A stretch of 57,533 bases of DNA. Origin: Candidatus Sediminicultor quartus (GTDB lineage: Bacteria > Atribacterota > Phoenicimicrobiia > Phoenicimicrobiales > Phoenicimicrobiaceae). Shown piece after piece: positions 1-9,186 of this stretch. The translations under genes were made by a program, and so were the position numbers. The stretch covers positions 1 through 57,533 of the forward strand of contig DSEL01000186.1 of assembly GCA_011056645.1 (NCBI GenBank), in the 5' to 3' direction. The notes under the pieces were generated by a model. The model saw only the letters and a program-made list of their open reading frames with translations. It was not told the DNA's origin and did no database searches. Each line of letters starts with the position of its first letter. Within the stretch, counting starts at the first letter, position 1.

Positions 1-144
1 TATAACGGTTATCTTATATTTATATATTGTGATTTTCTTTAATATAAGTCATATTACCAAGATGAAAATAATTAAGAAAAAAGTTTGTAGAAATATAGTT
101 GAAGCTTTTGCAGTTAATTACTTTTCTAAAAGGAGTGAATAATT

Positions 145-1419
145 TTGGCACTATTATCTTTATTAATTTCTTTCGTAGTTTTATTAATTATCGGTTTTCC
201 TATTGCATTTAACTTATTGCTAAGCTCAATAATTTATTTAATAGTTGGAGGATACCCTTTAACTTTAGTTACTCAACGAATGTTTGAAGGAATGAATGGA
301 TTTGCTTTATTAGCTGTCCCATTTTTTGTGCTTACCGGACAATTTATGGTAAAAGGGCATCTTCTTCGTTCTTTAACGGATTTCGTTAATGCTTTTATCG
401 GTCATGTAAGAGGAGCTTTGGCTCTGGTAACAATCGGAACTTGTTTATTTATGGGATCAATTGTAGGTTTAGCTCTTGCAGAAATTGCATCTCTGGGTTC
501 ATTTTTAATTCCAATGATGAAAGAGGAGGGATATAAACCAGCTTTTAGCTCAGCTGTAATGGCAAGTGCTTCATTACTTGGACCTATAATGCCGCCCAGT
601 GTACTAATGATTCTGTATTGTATGTCAGTAGGTCGAACCTCGATTGCAGGCTTATTTCTTGCAGCAATTATTCCAGCATTTATTATTGCTTTTTTTCAGA
701 TGGTAACTGTTTATTTTATTGCAAAAAAGCGTAATTACCCAAGCCATTCAAAGACTAATTGGCCAGAGAAGTGGACTCAATTTAGAAAATCTATACCAGC
801 CCTTTTTTTGCCTATAATTATTCTAGGTGGAATTTTTGGTCGTATTTTTACAGTTACTGAAGCATCTGCAGTCGCTGCACTATATGCTTTTATTGTAAGT
901 TTTTTTGTATTTCGAGAAGCAAAATGGTCAGATCTGCCAGGTATTTTTTTAGAAACTGCCTTAACATCAGGTTTAGTTATTTTATTAGCTGGCACTGCTA
1001 CAGTAACTGCTTGGGCTATTGCTAATGAACGGATCATTTATATGTTGGTTGAACCACTTTCTAATGTTCCTACATGGGTTTTTCTATTATTAGTAAATAT
1101 ATTACTATTAATAAATGGAATGTTTATGGATGATTATGCTTCAGTCGTAATATTAGGTCCAATTCTTGCTCCAATTGCTTGGAAATTGGGAGTTGACCCT
1201 TTACAAATTGGGGCGATTGTATGCGTAAATTTGGTAATTGGACTTGCAACTCCACCCTTTGGTATCGCTCTTTTTGTCACTAGTCCTATGGCAGGAGTAA
1301 AAATTGAAGATACCGTTAAAGAAGCTTTACCTTTTATAGCTGTAAGTATTGCAGCGCTAATTTTAATAACTTATATTCCACAGCTCACTTTATGGTTACC
1401 TAGACTTTCTGGCTATTAG
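145..1419 (+). CDS. dctM: TRAP transporter large permease
   Basis: 424 aa, highly hydrophobic, TRAP-M motifs (LLAVPFFVLTG, GPIMPPS, GLATPPFG). TTG start after an AAGGAG RBS. Confidence 0.95.
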   Translation: MALLSLLISFVVLLIIGFPIAFNLLLSSIIYLIVGGYPLTLVTQRMFEGMNGFALLAVPFFVLTGQFMVKGHLLRSLTDFVNAFIGHVRGALALVTIGTCLFMGSIVGLALAEIASLGSFLIPMMKEEGYKPAFSSAVMASASLLGPIMPPSVLMILYCMSVGRTSIAGLFLAAIIPAFIIAFFQMVTVYFIAKKRNYPSHSKTNWPEKWTQFRKSIPALFLPIIILGGIFGRIFTVTEASAVAALYAFIVSFFVFREAKWSDLPGIFLETALTSGLVILLAGTATVTAWAIANERIIYMLVEPLSNVPTWVFLLLVNILLLINGMFMDDYASVVILGPILAPIAWKLGVDPLQIGAIVCVNLVIGLATPPFGIALFVTSPMAGVKIEDTVKEALPFIAVSIAALILITYIPQLTLWLPRLSGY

Positions 1420-1518
1420 AAGTATGAAACAGAAAGGAGAGGATGCTTATAGAAAAAACTAGTAAAAATATCTGTTTTTAAAAATTAAAAAATATTTATA
1501 AAAGGAGAGTATTTTATT

Positions 1519-2538
1519 ATGAGTAAAAAGTGTATAGCAGTTTTATTAGTATTACTATTAGTATTGTCTCTATCAAGTGTTGGGTTTGCTGCAACAAAAG
1601 TGAGAATTTCGGTTTGTAATGCCCCCACCCATCCACAAAATATTGGTTTGGAAATATTTAAGAATTACGTGGAAGAAAAAACTAATGGCGAAATGATAGT
1701 AGATGTATATCCTAATTCACAACTTGGTGCCGAAAGAGAATCAGTAGAACAATGTAAGAATGGTTCTTTAGAAATGGCTACTGCTTCTGCTGGTCCATTG
1801 ACTACTTTTAATAGTAAATTTATGGTTTTAGATATTCCTTTTGCTTTCAATAGTTACGATGTAGCTTGGATGGTTTTAGATGGTCCGGTTGGGCAGAAAT
1901 TACTTGAATCTTGTGAAGAAGTTGGACTAAAAGGATTGAGCTTTATGGAAAATGGTTTTCGTCACGTTACTAACAACGTACGACCAGTTACTAAAGTAGA
2001 AGATTTTGCAAATATTAAGATTCGTACTATGGAAGCTCCAATGCACATGGAGAATTTTAAATTATTAGGTGCTAATCCTACTCCAGTTCCATGGACTGAA
2101 CTATATTTAACTCTACAACAAAAAATAGTGGATGGTCAGGAAAATCCTTTGGCAAATTTATGGGAAGTTAAGATGTACGAAGTGCAAAAATACGCTTCCT
2201 TAACTGGTCATATTTATGATCCTATGCCATTAGTTGCAGATTTAAAATGGTTTAATGGCTTAACTCCTAAACAACAGAGCATTATTGAAAAAGGTGCAAT
2301 TTTAGCGCAAAATTACAGTAGATTTGTTAACAACGCCCGCGAAGAAGAGTTGGCCAGACTATTAACTGAAAAAGGAATGATAATTAATGATGTTACAGAT
2401 GAGGAAAAAGCAAGAATGAGAGATGCTTCTCAGGCTAAAGTAGTAGAGGCGATCAAGAAAAATACTGATCCAGCTTTCGTAGATGAGTGGCTAAAAGCTA
2501 TTGATAAAGCCGGGGAAGATATTAAAGCAGGTCTATAA
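1519..2538 (+). CDS. dctP: TRAP transporter substrate-binding protein
   Basis: Signal peptide; motifs YPNSQLG, ENGFR, KIRT, NPTPVPWTELY and DGQENP. AAGGAG RBS. Confidence 0.95.
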   Translation: MSKKCIAVLLVLLLVLSLSSVGFAATKVRISVCNAPTHPQNIGLEIFKNYVEEKTNGEMIVDVYPNSQLGAERESVEQCKNGSLEMATASAGPLTTFNSKFMVLDIPFAFNSYDVAWMVLDGPVGQKLLESCEEVGLKGLSFMENGFRHVTNNVRPVTKVEDFANIKIRTMEAPMHMENFKLLGANPTPVPWTELYLTLQQKIVDGQENPLANLWEVKMYEVQKYASLTGHIYDPMPLVADLKWFNGLTPKQQSIIEKGAILAQNYSRFVNNAREEELARLLTEKGMIINDVTDEEKARMRDASQAKVVEAIKKNTDPAFVDEWLKAIDKAGEDIKAGL

Positions 2539-2550
2539 TATTAACTCTGT

Positions 2551-2584
2551 TTCAGGAGAAAGGCGCACCTGCTTTTCTCCTGAA
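2551..2584 (+). terminator. Stem-loop after dctP (terminator or mRNA-stabilising hairpin)
   Basis: TTCAGGAGAAA ... TTTCTCCTGAA 11-bp inverted repeat just after the dctP stop. Confidence 0.6.
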
Positions 2585-2636
2585 ACCTTTTTATAATATC
2601 GAAATTATTGTAAAAGAACAGCTATTCAAGTAAGAG

Positions 2637-3155
2637 GTGGGTAATATAGTGAATGAAGTAGAAAAAAACTGGTTTTTTAAACTTTGTGATATATTAGAAA
2701 AGATTACTTTATATACTGTAATGATAATATGTGCAACAATGTTAATTGTAGCTTGGGTACATGTAATAAGAAGATATATTTTTAATAATTCTTTAACTTG
2801 GTCTGAAGAATTTCTTAGATTCTCTTTAGTATGGTTTGCTTTATTAAGTGCCAGCATTATTCACAAAAAACGTGGTCATTTAGGTATAGTTACTTTTCGG
2901 GAAATGATGCCTAAAAAAATTCAGATATTTTTAGAGAGATCTTTACCCTATTTAGCATTAGTAGCTACTTCGTTGACTGCTATTTATGGTGTAAATTTAA
3001 TGATAAGAGTACAAGGACAGTTTTCACCAGCTTTAAGGATCCCGGTTGCTTTACCTTATGCCGCTATTCCAATATCGTTTATTTTAATGACCTTATATGG
3101 AATAGCTCATATAATCGAAGATTTCAAAGTTGCTTTAAAAGTAAAAAATAATTAA
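2637..3155 (+). CDS. dctQ: TRAP transporter small permease
   Basis: About 4 TM segments and the RRYIFNNSLTWSEE motif. The in-frame GTG at 2649 is better spaced from the RBS and may be the true start. Confidence 0.9.
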   Translation: MGNIVNEVEKNWFFKLCDILEKITLYTVMIICATMLIVAWVHVIRRYIFNNSLTWSEEFLRFSLVWFALLSASIIHKKRGHLGIVTFREMMPKKIQIFLERSLPYLALVATSLTAIYGVNLMIRVQGQFSPALRIPVALPYAAIPISFILMTLYGIAHIIEDFKVALKVKNN

Positions 3156-3184
3156 CAAATTAAATCTTTTAGAGGAATTTATTT

Positions 3185-4474
3185 ATGTATTTTACTGAGA
3201 CCAAAGATAAAAATGTTATTTACTATGATACAGAAGAGAAAATAAAAATTACAATAAATGAAGAAAAATATCATGGTTTAATCAGTATAAAAGAGCCAGA
3301 AGAATTAAAATGGCCGGAAGAATTTAAGAAATCCCTTGAAAAACCTATTAATAGTAAATTACTAAGAGTGTTAGCGAAAGGTGTTAACAAGGTAGTTATT
3401 ATTGTTTCTGATTCTACCCGGGGAGTACCTACTTCAAAAATTATACCGATAATTCTTAAGGAACTTCAAAGTGCGGGAGTAGATTTTAAACAAATAGTTA
3501 TAGTAATTGCACTTGGAGTTCATAGACCAGCAACTTCAAGAGAAATTGAAGAAATTATTGGTAAAGATTATTTAAAAAAAGTAAAAATTATAAATCACGA
3601 TCCTTACAATAAAGAGGAATTGGTTTTTTTAGGTAAGACTTCTTTTGGTACTCCAATAGAGGTAAACAAAACCGTTTTTCAAGCTGATTTAAGGATAAAT
3701 ATAGGAAAAGTTGAACCTCATGAATTTGCAGGGTTTTCCGGTGGGAGAAAGTCAGTTTTACCTGGAATTAGCAGTGAAAGGACCATAAAAGAAAATCATA
3801 GACCTGAAATGATCCTGAAATATGGATCAAGACCTGGTTGTTTAAAAGATAATTCAATACATAAAGATATGATAGAGGCAACAAAAATGTTAGGAATTCA
3901 CTTCAGTATAAATTTTGTACTTAATTCAATGGGTCATACCATTGGTCTTTTTGCGGGGAATATTTTTGATGCTCATCAAAGAGCAGTTGAATTTATAAAA
4001 TCATTTTGTCAAGTAAAGATAAAAGAGAAACCTGATATTGTAGTTACTACGCCCGGGCCTCCACTAAATATTGATTTTTATCAATCTATTAAACCATTAA
4101 TTTCTCTAGAGTCGATTATGGCTGAAAAGGGGATAATAGTATTGTATAGTTTGTGTCCCGATGGTTTTAACTCAGATGATATGCTCTTACCATTTAAAGG
4201 GGTGAAAAGTTTGGATGAGGTAGTCAGTAAGCTTATGAAAAATTATAAAATACAAATGGATCATGCACTTCTTTTATGTAAAATATTAAAGAAGAATATA
4301 AAAATTATTACTTCATCACCTAATTTAGAGGAACAAACATTAAACAAAATATATCTGGAGTATTTTAGAAATCCACAAGAAGCAGTAAATAGAGCTTTAG
4401 ATATATCCGGAAAATTTAAACCTAAAGTATTGTTTTTCCCGCAGCCACAGAGGACTTTACCGATCCTGGTTTAA
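3185..4474 (+). CDS. larA: LarA-family nickel-pincer (NPN)-dependent 2-hydroxyacid racemase/epimerase
   Basis: Motifs SDSTR, ALGVHR, PHEFAGFSGGRKS, ENH and FYQSIK match the conserved D/R, H, H/K, H and Y/K residues of LarA. Substrate unknown. Confidence 0.9.
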   Translation: MYFTETKDKNVIYYDTEEKIKITINEEKYHGLISIKEPEELKWPEEFKKSLEKPINSKLLRVLAKGVNKVVIIVSDSTRGVPTSKIIPIILKELQSAGVDFKQIVIVIALGVHRPATSREIEEIIGKDYLKKVKIINHDPYNKEELVFLGKTSFGTPIEVNKTVFQADLRINIGKVEPHEFAGFSGGRKSVLPGISSERTIKENHRPEMILKYGSRPGCLKDNSIHKDMIEATKMLGIHFSINFVLNSMGHTIGLFAGNIFDAHQRAVEFIKSFCQVKIKEKPDIVVTTPGPPLNIDFYQSIKPLISLESIMAEKGIIVLYSLCPDGFNSDDMLLPFKGVKSLDEVVSKLMKNYKIQMDHALLLCKILKKNIKIITSSPNLEEQTLNKIYLEYFRNPQEAVNRALDISGKFKPKVLFFPQPQRTLPILV

Positions 4475-4578
4475 ATTTTGAGAAAATTTAAGAACAAAAT
4501 TATAGTTTTTGTTTTTTTATGATATTTTAATGCGTAGATTATATAATGTAAAAATATTATTTTAAAAAGGAGAAAAAG

Positions 4579-5853
4579 ATGAATAAATTTAAAATTACAG
4601 CCATTAAAGCAAGAGAGATCTTAGATTGCCGCTGGACTCCTACTGTTAGAGTAGAAGTTCAGGTAAACAATGAAATTGTTGGGCAAGCTGATGCACCGGC
4701 AGGACGTTCTACTGGATTAAATGAAGCAAGTGAATTGAGAGATAATGAAGAGCGTTTTAATGGTTTAGGAGTAACCAAGGCAGTTAAAAATGTTAACGAA
4801 ATTATTGCCCCAGCATTAATCGGTATGGATGTTACTGAGCAAAGAAAAATAGACTATAAAATGATAGAACTTGATGGAACTAAGAATAAAGAAAATTTAG
4901 GTGGAAATGCAATAATTGCAGTATCTTTAGCATGTACTCGCGCTGCAGCTAATGCAATGGGTTTACCATTATATCGATATATTAATCCAAATGCTCACGT
5001 ATTACCAGTTCCATTGTTAAATCTTATTAATGGCGGAAAACTTACTTCTAATGACCTTGATTTTCAAGAAGTGTGTATATTCCCAGTAGGCGCTAAATCT
5101 TTTAAACAGGCAATGGAAATTGGGTATGCTGTAAATGAAGAGTTAAGAACTATAATTATCGACAATTACGGTAAAATTGCAGCAAATGTTGGAGATGAAG
5201 GGGGATTTGCTCCGCCAATTGTCAAAGTTCGTGAAGCAATGGATCATTTAGTTCATGCAGTAGAGCTATCTGGATTTGCTGATAAAATTGTATACGGATT
5301 TGATTCTGCCGCCAGTCATTTTTATGATAAAGACACCAAGCTTTACAATTTAGAAGGAAACAAATTAACTACTAATGATATGATTAATTATTATAAAGAT
5401 TTAATAAGAAGTTATCCAATAGCAACGATCGAAGATCCCTTAGATGAAAATGATGTTGAAGGTTTTATCCAGGTGACCAAGGAATTAGGTATTCAAATTG
5501 TTGGAGATGATTTTTTCTGTACCAATCCTGCTTTAATCAAAGAACGTTCCAGTTTAGGGGGAGCAAATGCTTTATTGTGGAAATTTAATCAAATTGGTAC
5601 TGTTTCAGAGGCTTTGGATGCCGCACAAATAGCCTTTAGAAACAGTATGGGGATTATGGTTTCAGAACGTTCAGGTGAAACAGAAGATCCAATTTTAGCA
5701 GATTTTACTGTTAGCCTTAACGCTGGGCAGATTAAAACCGGTGCTGGAGTGCGCAGTGAAAGAACTTCGAAATACAACAGGCTTTTACAAATTGAACAAG
5801 AACTTGGTTCTTTGGCTAAATATGCGGGAAGAGATTTTAAGATGGCCCTTTAA
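4579..5853 (+). CDS. eno: Enolase-family protein, divergent paralog
   Basis: AREILD, GDEGG, IEDP, VGDD, KFNQIG, RSGETED and QIKTG are present, but both conserved His residues are replaced (see findings). Family call is firm; activity is uncertain. Confidence 0.85.
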   Translation: MNKFKITAIKAREILDCRWTPTVRVEVQVNNEIVGQADAPAGRSTGLNEASELRDNEERFNGLGVTKAVKNVNEIIAPALIGMDVTEQRKIDYKMIELDGTKNKENLGGNAIIAVSLACTRAAANAMGLPLYRYINPNAHVLPVPLLNLINGGKLTSNDLDFQEVCIFPVGAKSFKQAMEIGYAVNEELRTIIIDNYGKIAANVGDEGGFAPPIVKVREAMDHLVHAVELSGFADKIVYGFDSAASHFYDKDTKLYNLEGNKLTTNDMINYYKDLIRSYPIATIEDPLDENDVEGFIQVTKELGIQIVGDDFFCTNPALIKERSSLGGANALLWKFNQIGTVSEALDAAQIAFRNSMGIMVSERSGETEDPILADFTVSLNAGQIKTGAGVRSERTSKYNRLLQIEQELGSLAKYAGRDFKMAL

Positions 5854-5905
5854 GATAATTGTCTTTTTAAAACAAATTTGGTGTGGAACCAGAGAAGAGG
5901 GAAAA

Positions 5906-7261
5906 GTGATTTACATTAAAAACAAAAAACAGTTATTATCTCATGGTAATATAGAAATGCGCAAGGCTGCTTTAGAAATAATTGAGCATTCATTAGAAAA
6001 AGCCGACCCGTATATTGCAACTAAGAATTTAGTCTCTTTAAAGAATAATAATTTACATGTTGGAAGCTTAACTTTCAATTTGCAAAATCATAAAAGAATT
6101 TTTATTCTAGGAGCCGGAAAAGCTACTTTTCCAATTGCGAAAGCACTAGAGGAAATTTTGGGGGATAAAATAACTGATGGAATAGTGATTTGTAAATACG
6201 GGCAAGAAGGATACCTAAAGTATTCTAAATTATACTTAGCTAATCACCCTATTCCGGATGAAGCTGGGCTTCTGGCGACCAAAGAGGCTATAATATTAGC
6301 TAAAAAAACAAGACCGGGAGATATAGTATTTGCCTGCATTACCGGTGGTAGTTCTGCACTTATGCCCTTACCGGTATCTGAAGTGAGCTTAGAAGAAAAA
6401 AAAGTAGTAAATAAGTTACTGCTTACTTGTGGTGCTAATATAATTGAAATAAATGCTGTTCGCAAACATTTAAGCCAAGTAAAGGGTGGTAGACTCGCAA
6501 AAAACATTCACCCAGAAGCACATTTAATTAACTTGACTGTATCTGATGTTATTGGTGACCCTTTAGATTATATTACCTGTCCGACTGTTCCCGACACTTC
6601 TACATTTAATGATGCTCTAAATGTAATTTCCAAGTATACACTTTGGGAGAAATTACCGGTATCTGTAGCGAACTACCTTAGAAATGCTACTTCAGAAATG
6701 GAAACTCCAAAAGATCTTTCCAATTATCATTTATATAATTTTATTATTATAGCTGGAGATACAGCTTGTGTTGCAGCAGAAGCAAAAGCAAAAGAAATGG
6801 GTTTTAATACAATGATCCTTTCAACTATGTTTGAAGGAGAAAGCAAGGAATTAGGGAGAGCTTTTGTATCAATTGCTAAAGAAATTATAATAAATAAGAG
6901 ACCGCTTAAAACTCCTTGTGCTTTAATTGGTGGGGGTGAAACTACCATAAAGTTAGAAGGGAATTATGGAATGGGTGGTCCAAATCAAGAGTTTACTCTG
7001 AGTGCTGCGCTCTATTTAGAAGGTTTGAAAGATATAGTGATAGTAGGATTGGATACTGATGGTACGGATGGACCAACGAAAATTGCCGGAGCTATTGTAG
7101 ACACCGACTTTACTTTCATGGCAAAAAAAATAGGCATATCACTCCAGCATGAACTTGATTGGCATAACACTGTGGAAGTTTTTGAAAAAATGGGTGATGC
7201 AATTATCACCGGATCTACCGGAACAAATGTAAATGACCTTAAATTCTTATTAATTTTTTAA
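5906..7261 (+). CDS. Glycerate 2-kinase / MOFRL-family kinase
   Basis: GAGKA, TGGSSAL, RKHLSQVKGG, SDVIGD, GGETT, GGPNQE, DTDGTDG and TGTNVND motifs. Start moved from 5741, which overlaps eno, to the GTG at 5906 behind GAAGAGGG. Confidence 0.9.
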   Translation: MIYIKNKKQLLSHGNIEMRKAALEIIEHSLEKADPYIATKNLVSLKNNNLHVGSLTFNLQNHKRIFILGAGKATFPIAKALEEILGDKITDGIVICKYGQEGYLKYSKLYLANHPIPDEAGLLATKEAIILAKKTRPGDIVFACITGGSSALMPLPVSEVSLEEKKVVNKLLLTCGANIIEINAVRKHLSQVKGGRLAKNIHPEAHLINLTVSDVIGDPLDYITCPTVPDTSTFNDALNVISKYTLWEKLPVSVANYLRNATSEMETPKDLSNYHLYNFIIIAGDTACVAAEAKAKEMGFNTMILSTMFEGESKELGRAFVSIAKEIIINKRPLKTPCALIGGGETTIKLEGNYGMGGPNQEFTLSAALYLEGLKDIVIVGLDTDGTDGPTKIAGAIVDTDFTFMAKKIGISLQHELDWHNTVEVFEKMGDAIITGSTGTNVNDLKFLLIF

Positions 7262-7320
7262 AACAATAAAAAATGAGGAATCACCTAATAAATATATATA
7301 TTTTGAAGGAAGGAATAAAT

Positions 7321-7980
7321 ATGATTTTTCTAAAAAAGGAACCAAAGATAATGGCCCAAGAAATAACTACCGATATTAGGAGAGCAATAGCGAATGGCAT
7401 TATTAAGCCAGGTGAAAAAATTAATGAAACACAAATTGCAAGAGATATGGGTATTAGTCGTTCTCCAGTTAGAGAAGCATTGCAAATGCTGAAAAAAGAA
7501 GGAGTTGTGGTCAGTATTCCTTATAAGGGAACATTTGTAAACTTGCTTGGGAAAAAAGATATTGAAGATATGTATATTATAAGAGGATTACTTGAGGCTT
7601 ACGCTATAGAAAAAGTAATAGAAAATAAAAATGAGAAAATTTTAAAATGTTTAAGAAAAAATATTGAAGACATAGAAAAAGATGTGAAAAAAAACCAATT
7701 GAAAGAATTGGTTAGCAAAGATATTGAATTCCACCGTAATATTTGCATTTTTTCTGGCAATAAAAAATTAATTGATATTTGGGAAGGGTTTCAAACGCAA
7801 ATAGAAGTTTTGATTGATTTAGAGAGTAGTTTTTATGAACGCTTCCAATTATTAGCGGTTGAGCATAGGGAATTGCTTTCTTTAATAATTGATGGAAAAG
7901 TTGAACAAGCTCAAGAAAAGATTAAAGCCCATATTTTACAAGCCCTTGATTTTTTAAAAAAAAGTTTGAAGAAATATTAA
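7321..7980 (+). CDS. GntR/FadR-family transcriptional regulator (FCD domain)
   Basis: N-terminal wHTH (GISRSPVREAL) and C-terminal FCD (DIEFH, EHRELL). ATG at 7321 after GAAGGA chosen over 7273. Confidence 0.9.
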   Translation: MIFLKKEPKIMAQEITTDIRRAIANGIIKPGEKINETQIARDMGISRSPVREALQMLKKEGVVVSIPYKGTFVNLLGKKDIEDMYIIRGLLEAYAIEKVIENKNEKILKCLRKNIEDIEKDVKKNQLKELVSKDIEFHRNICIFSGNKKLIDIWEGFQTQIEVLIDLESSFYERFQLLAVEHRELLSLIIDGKVEQAQEKIKAHILQALDFLKKSLKKY

Positions 7981-8024
7981 AAATATAGAAACAAAAAATA
8001 AGTAGATATTAGGAGAAAATAATA

Positions 8025-8981
8025 TTGGCTTATCATATTTTAATTACAAAACATATACCAAGCGAAGGATTAATAGATTTAAAAAAATATTGTAATATTT
8101 ATATGCCTGAAACTGAAAGCAAATCATTTTCTCAGGAAGAGCTATTTCGTTTAGCACCTCATTTGGATGCAATTATTTCGGTTGGTGACGTAATTGGCGC
8201 GGATTTTATAAAGAAAGCTAAAAAATTGAAAATAATTAGTAATTATGGTGTTGGGTACGACAATTTAGATATAAAGGCCGCTAATAAAAAAGGAATTATA
8301 GTTACAAATTTACCCGATGTAGTTACAGAAAGTACAGCAGAATTAACATTTATGATTATGTTAGCAGTAAGTCGCCGACTAATTGAAGCAGATAGATATA
8401 TAAGATATGCAAATGATAAAAACTGGCACCCGTTTTTATTTAATAGCCACGAACTTTTTGGCAAACTTCTTGGTATTGTGGGCTTTGGAAGAATTGGCAA
8501 AGCCGTAGCAAGAAGGGCATTAGCTTTTGGAATGCAAGTTTATTATTTTGATGTCTCGCATGATAGAGAAACTGAGTTAGAAGTTAATTTCTTATCTTTT
8601 GAAAAAATACTTAGCGAAATGGATTATATTACTTTACACGTTCCTTATATGAAAAGTACTCATCATTTAATTGGTGAAAAAGAGTTAAATATGATGAAGA
8701 AAAGCTCTTACCTAATAAATGCTTCTCGAGGAGCGGTAATAGACCAAAATGCATTAATAAAAGCCTTAAAAGAAAAGAAAATAAAAGGAGCAGCCTTAGA
8801 AGTATTTGAAACTGAACCATATGTTCCAGAAGAACTAACTTGCCTTCCTAATGTGGTATTAACTCCTCACATGGGGACAAATACAGTAGAAACGAATATT
8901 AAAATGACTAAAGAAGCTGCGAAAAAAATAATTCAAGTATTTCAAGGTGAAATTCCAGCTAATATTATAACATCTAATTGA
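8025..8981 (+). CDS. D-2-hydroxyacid dehydrogenase (glyoxylate/hydroxypyruvate reductase-like)
   Basis: YGVGYDN, GIVGFGRIG Rossmann motif, NASRG, catalytic E (EP) and PHMG. TTG start after AGGAG. Confidence 0.9.
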   Translation: MAYHILITKHIPSEGLIDLKKYCNIYMPETESKSFSQEELFRLAPHLDAIISVGDVIGADFIKKAKKLKIISNYGVGYDNLDIKAANKKGIIVTNLPDVVTESTAELTFMIMLAVSRRLIEADRYIRYANDKNWHPFLFNSHELFGKLLGIVGFGRIGKAVARRALAFGMQVYYFDVSHDRETELEVNFLSFEKILSEMDYITLHVPYMKSTHHLIGEKELNMMKKSSYLINASRGAVIDQNALIKALKEKKIKGAALEVFETEPYVPEELTCLPNVVLTPHMGTNTVETNIKMTKEAAKKIIQVFQGEIPANIITSN

Positions 8982-9186
8982 ATTGAAAAAATAATATATA
9001 AGATAATCGTTTTATAAATTATTTTTTATAATATTTGAATAGAGAAAAATTAATTCTTAAAGAATGTTCTAAAAATTCACGGGAAGAAATGTGTTTTTCC
9101 GCAATCCATTCTCAAAATCCTCATAAATAAGCTTAGGGAAATAACTTTTTAGATTAACCCATTACCTGCAACAAATAGTTATTAAT

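Noticed and set aside
5741-5905. N-terminal extension of the kinase ORF in the track
   Set aside because: It overlaps the enolase 3' end, has no RBS, and a well-placed GTG exists at 5906.
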